Both the position numbers and the translations under genes were made by a program. A stretch of DNA of 63,998 nucleotides, filler included, from Piptocephalis cylindrospora (taxonomy: Eukaryota), in assembly GCA_003614145.1 (NCBI GenBank). It is 3 parts of 3 records of this genome, joined end to end, with 100 filler letters (N's around TTAATTAATTAA, not from the genome) between each part and the next. Parts side by side here need not be neighbours in the genome. Positions count along the whole stretch, not along the records: positions 45,663 to 63,998 come from KZ987837.1; 2 more parts are not named here. One strand, written 5' to 3'. A model generated the notes under the pieces. It did not search any database. It saw only the letters and a program-made list of their open reading frames with translations, and had not been told where the DNA came from. Shown here piece by piece: positions 60,565 to 63,998 of the stretch (position 1 is its first letter; every line of letters starts with the position of its first letter).

Positions 60565-63500
60565 ATGCCTTGGAAACCACTTCCTCGACTGGCTTACGCC
60601 GTCGCCGTGTACCCTCACGCTCCAGCCATTACCACCCCATTTACTCCCTTGGCCACTATTACCACCCCCAGGACCTCATACCATGACCCTGACCTCCTCT
60701 CCTCCTCCTCTTCCTCCCAGGACCCCGGACTCGGTCCTCAATCCAATGGTCCATATGCCGCTCCACTAGTCCCGGACTTGCGCGCCGACCCTCAACACCC
60801 TCCCCATCAAGTGCCTTTGGACGTAGGTGATCATATCGTCGTCCTCGAACGGTCTGGTGCCTGGTACCGCGGGTACGTCCTCCCACCCTTCCCCATAGGT
60901 TCGGCCCCCCGTCTGGGTATCTTCCCGGCCAACCATGTCGAACTCCGCGCTTGGTGGGATGAGGCAGGGGACCGATGGCTTGGGGAGGAGGAAGCCCTGG
61001 CTCTTGAAGGCCGTGGCATTTCCCTTACTCCTCGTCCCGCCCCCACTTCCCTCTCCAGCGCTCTCTCCTCCCTGACCAGTCAGCTTTCTGAAGCAGAGGA
61101 ATCCTCCCTGCCCATGGAATCCACGACTACATCATTGGATCCTTCACATGATGACCCGGCCTCTCCCCCTTCCTTTACCGCACAACACCCCCTTTCCTCC
61201 ATGGCTCCGGGGCTCAAGCGATCAAAAAGTCTCTCCCTCCCCTCTCCTCGCCCCACCCAGGCCAATCCTCCTCCCATGCCCATTCAGGTTTCTATGCACA
61301 GTACTGGCTCCCTTACGCTCAAGCGCACTCGGAGTATTGAAGCCGGTATGCGTAAGGGTTGGAAAGCCATTGAATACAGCCCTTCCCGCTCCCTTCCCCA
61401 GCTCCCCCTTCTTCCTACGCCGGCCACTGCCCAGGAGGAGCCTCTAGTCGAGACCGCTGCCCACACTCTACGCGCTTGGTGTGCACTACTACAGCGGCAC
61501 CTTCGTGCCCAAGAGTATGGTCGGTATGAGGAACTACGTGCTCGCATGGCTGCTATCCTCGAGGGACGGAGGCAGTTGCTCGGGGGGACGGCCCTTTCCT
61601 CGGCTGGCGCACGCAGAGTCCGACGGGCCATGGTGCGGGAACTTGCTGCTGGTTCCCGGTCTGAAGGGCGAATGACCGTTGTACGTGGCTTGGATGGTCG
61701 AGTCGGTGGCAAGGACCCTGCCTCCCCTCTACATCTCTACAAACAGCACGTTATACTGGATGTTGCTGATCTAGAAAACCATCGAGATATTGAGGAGGAT
61801 GAGGAAGAAAAGAACGTACTAGAAAGTAATGGGGGGAACGATGTAGAGGAGGATGAGGGGGATGAGGAGAAGGAGGAAGAGAATGAGATGCAAGAGGATG
61901 TAGAGGCCTCCATCTACTCCCCAACCTCTCCTTTGCCTCAGCCCCCATGGAATCCACATCTTCCTGGAGCTATCATGTCCCCATCCACCTCCACTACCAC
62001 TGCCGCCATTGCCACCACTACCTCCCCCCCATTCTCTCTGGACAAGCATCGTTCTGATCTCTTATCCCTACGTTCTCGTAGACCCGGCAGGGATCAAATA
62101 AAACAGGGTAAGGAGAGTTTGGAGGATACGTCTACGGAGGAAGCCAGAGCCTATCATCTTTTCGTCGATATCCAGGCCGTTGTTGCCTCCATTGCTCGTC
62201 CCGGTGAAAGTGGGGAGTTGTCCGTTCAGCTCTACCATCATGGCCGTGCTACCTTTCTCTCCGAGCCTTGGGTCATCCCCCTGACTGATCAGGGTATGCC
62301 CCAGGACGGCGCCTTGATCGGCCGGGTTCGAGCTCTCTTTCTTTCCCTCACTCCTACGGAGATACGTGAGGCCACTGAAGCCCCTCATGGGGGTGACCTC
62401 TACCTAGTCGTGCGTGTAGTACGTAGGACTGCGGGTCCTGCAGCTGGTGTGGGCCCCGGTATGGGAGGATCTACTCTCCCCACTAGTGGTATCTCTCCCC
62501 CGGGCACTTCCGCACTCCATGGAGGGGATCCCGATATGAGTCTAGAGGGTGAGGCTGATCGTGATTCAGGTGTCACTTCAGGCCCAGCTGTGGGAATTGG
62601 GGCTATTGGTGTAGGGGAGGGGGTACGTCGGCCCTTTGGTCTTGGCCTGGTTCCTTTGGGTCCCTTGATAGCTGCAAAGGTCCATGGTGTTAGGGGAGGG
62701 GGTAGAGAGGGTTGGGATCTGGGGGAATGGTCCGTGGGCATTGTTCGTGTCAAGGATGGGTCCTCTGGATCTAAGGGCTCCGATGGAGGCACGATGGCCG
62801 CCATATCCAGTACCGGAAGTGGCGGGGTGGGGTCTTACATCGATGATAACCTCGAGGGTGGGGAGGGGGGAGAGGAGGAGGGAACCTTTACCGGATATCG
62901 TGCCATTCAGGAGGCTCAGTGGGCCGATGCCCATCGTCTCATCCTCACCAAGTTGAACGACTCTCGTATTATCCGTGGTCCTGATCTTACTAGATCGCCC
63001 TCTTCCTCTTCACCTCCCTCTCAACCCCCCCTCCTTTCCCAACCACTAGGCACTTCCTCTATGGGTTTTGGGAGGGACCCTACCTTCGACCCCTTTTCCC
63101 CCTCCTCACCCACCGCCCCTACGCACCCTGCCTCTCCTCCCCTTTCCAGTACACAGAGAAAGGTCCTTTCTCCGGGCTATGTCCCCACCGGCGGGAGTCT
63201 GGCCTTACGTATGCACCTTTATCATCCCCTCAGTCCTCCCTCCTCTACCCTTTCTAGGTCCAGGCCCCCCCCAGGGGATGTCCAAACCCTGATCCGTGCC
63301 CATCCTGAGCTTTTATCCGGGAAGGTGCCCTTGGTCGGCCGTCTGGGTTTCCCGGACGCCGTGGGCCCTGGAGAGGAGCGACATCAAATGTATATCACCC
63401 TAGAGGGTTTGGACTTTTCTGTCGGGCTCAAGAGGACCCCAAGGCATGTGCAGGTCCGCGTCCAAATCCGGGATACCCTTACCGGCCAGGTCCTGCCTAG

Positions 63501-63998
63501 AGCTGTGTCCCGGGGGGCTGGTACCTCAGGTCAAGGGGTGGTAGATTCCTTGGTGCTCGGCCGAATGGGTCAACCCAGGTGGCAGGAAACCATCCGAGTC
63601 GACGTGCCTCATGGACGTTTCCCCGGCTGTCACCTCCTCTTCCTCATTCGGCAAGTGGCTTCCACCGAGGGTGGGGGTTCCGGTGGTGGGGAGGGTGGTT
63701 CTGGGCAGGATGGGGGAGAGGAAAAAGTACTTTCCTGGGGATGGTTACCTCTGGCCCGGCCCGTAGATGGTGGGATTGGTGAGGCTGCCCTGGTCGATGG
63801 TGCTCATCCTGTTCACCTGTACAAATGGGAACCGGGCTGTCCCCTGCCCCGCCCCTCTCACTACCTCTTCCTCGAGCCCTCGGATTCCTCCTTCTCCACC
63901 TCCGCCTCTTCTCCCATATCCAGCATGTATCTAGGAGAAGGCGCCTTCCCCGATTCCTCACCCACCCCTCCCTCTCATGAGACCGGCTCTAGGGTACC
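60565..63998 (+). CDS. DOCK-family Rho/Rac guanine nucleotide exchange factor (SH3, DOCK-N, C2/DHR-1; runs off the window)
   Basis: MPWKPLPRLAYAVAVYP, WYRGYV..GIFPANHV (SH3), EPLVETAAHTLRAW..GRRQLL, GEERHQMYITL..PRWQETIRV..HLLF (DHR-1). The motifs share one frame, which has no stop before the window end and so is absent from the ORF track. Confidence 0.9.
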   Translation, partial: MPWKPLPRLAYAVAVYPHAPAITTPFTPLATITTPRTSYHDPDLLSSSSSSQDPGLGPQSNGPYAAPLVPDLRADPQHPPHQVPLDVGDHIVVLERSGAWYRGYVLPPFPIGSAPRLGIFPANHVELRAWWDEAGDRWLGEEEALALEGRGISLTPRPAPTSLSSALSSLTSQLSEAEESSLPMESTTTSLDPSHDDPASPPSFTAQHPLSSMAPGLKRSKSLSLPSPRPTQANPPPMPIQVSMHSTGSLTLKRTRSIEAGMRKGWKAIEYSPSRSLPQLPLLPTPATAQEEPLVETAAHTLRAWCALLQRHLRAQEYGRYEELRARMAAILEGRRQLLGGTALSSAGARRVRRAMVRELAAGSRSEGRMTVVRGLDGRVGGKDPASPLHLYKQHVILDVADLENHRDIEEDEEEKNVLESNGGNDVEEDEGDEEKEEENEMQEDVEASIYSPTSPLPQPPWNPHLPGAIMSPSTSTTTAAIATTTSPPFSLDKHRSDLLSLRSRRPGRDQIKQGKESLEDTSTEEARAYHLFVDIQAVVASIARPGESGELSVQLYHHGRATFLSEPWVIPLTDQGMPQDGALIGRVRALFLSLTPTEIREATEAPHGGDLYLVVRVVRRTAGPAAGVGPGMGGSTLPTSGISPPGTSALHGGDPDMSLEGEADRDSGVTSGPAVGIGAIGVGEGVRRPFGLGLVPLGPLIAAKVHGVRGGGREGWDLGEWSVGIVRVKDGSSGSKGSDGGTMAAISSTGSGGVGSYIDDNLEGGEGGEEEGTFTGYRAIQEAQWADAHRLILTKLNDSRIIRGPDLTRSPSSSSPPSQPPLLSQPLGTSSMGFGRDPTFDPFSPSSPTAPTHPASPPLSSTQRKVLSPGYVPTGGSLALRMHLYHPLSPPSSTLSRSRPPPGDVQTLIRAHPELLSGKVPLVGRLGFPDAVGPGEERHQMYITLEGLDFSVGLKRTPRHVQVRVQIRDTLTGQVLPRAVSRGAGTSGQGVVDSLVLGRMGQPRWQETIRVDVPHGRFPGCHLLFLIRQVASTEGGGSGGGEGGSGQDGGEEKVLSWGWLPLARPVDGGIGEAALVDGAHPVHLYKWEPGCPLPRPSHYLFLEPSDSSFSTSASSPISSMYLGEGAFPDSSPTPPSHETGSRV

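Overview
Eukaryotic (fungal) genomic DNA: compact genes with short GT-AG introns, probably an early-diverging fungus (Zoopagomycota/Mucoromycota-like; taxon is inference). The window is three contigs joined by artificial N44-TTAATTAATTAA-N44 linkers (22759-22858, 45563-45662). Housekeeping genes: RRM protein, GH5_12 glycolipid glucosidase, HEATR6-like, copper-fist transcription factor, LysRS and CysRS (both cut by the gap), MDM10, Nha1-like antiporter, HIS5, NCS2/CTU2, TBC Rab-GAP, MHR1/mL67, an SDR, eIF3a, Ran/GSP1 and a DOCK GEF running off the right end. Many intronless orphan secreted proteins are interspersed. The main unexplained signal is a dispersed ~120-nt non-coding element with at least 8 intergenic copies on both strands and all three contigs. 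It has a fixed 5' end (TAGGGTRC), compensatory base changes in its hairpins, a conserved GTTCGGAT core, a LINE-like 3' end with a short trinucleotide tail, and a perfect 17-bp target-site duplication at one copy. It looks like a structured-RNA SINE-like retroposon that is not a canonical tRNA or 5S derivative. Other observations: a tandem pair sharing an unrecognised glycine-zipper domain, an Nha1 homolog lacking its catalytic aspartates, and a ricin-B-like secreted gene with a decayed duplicate.
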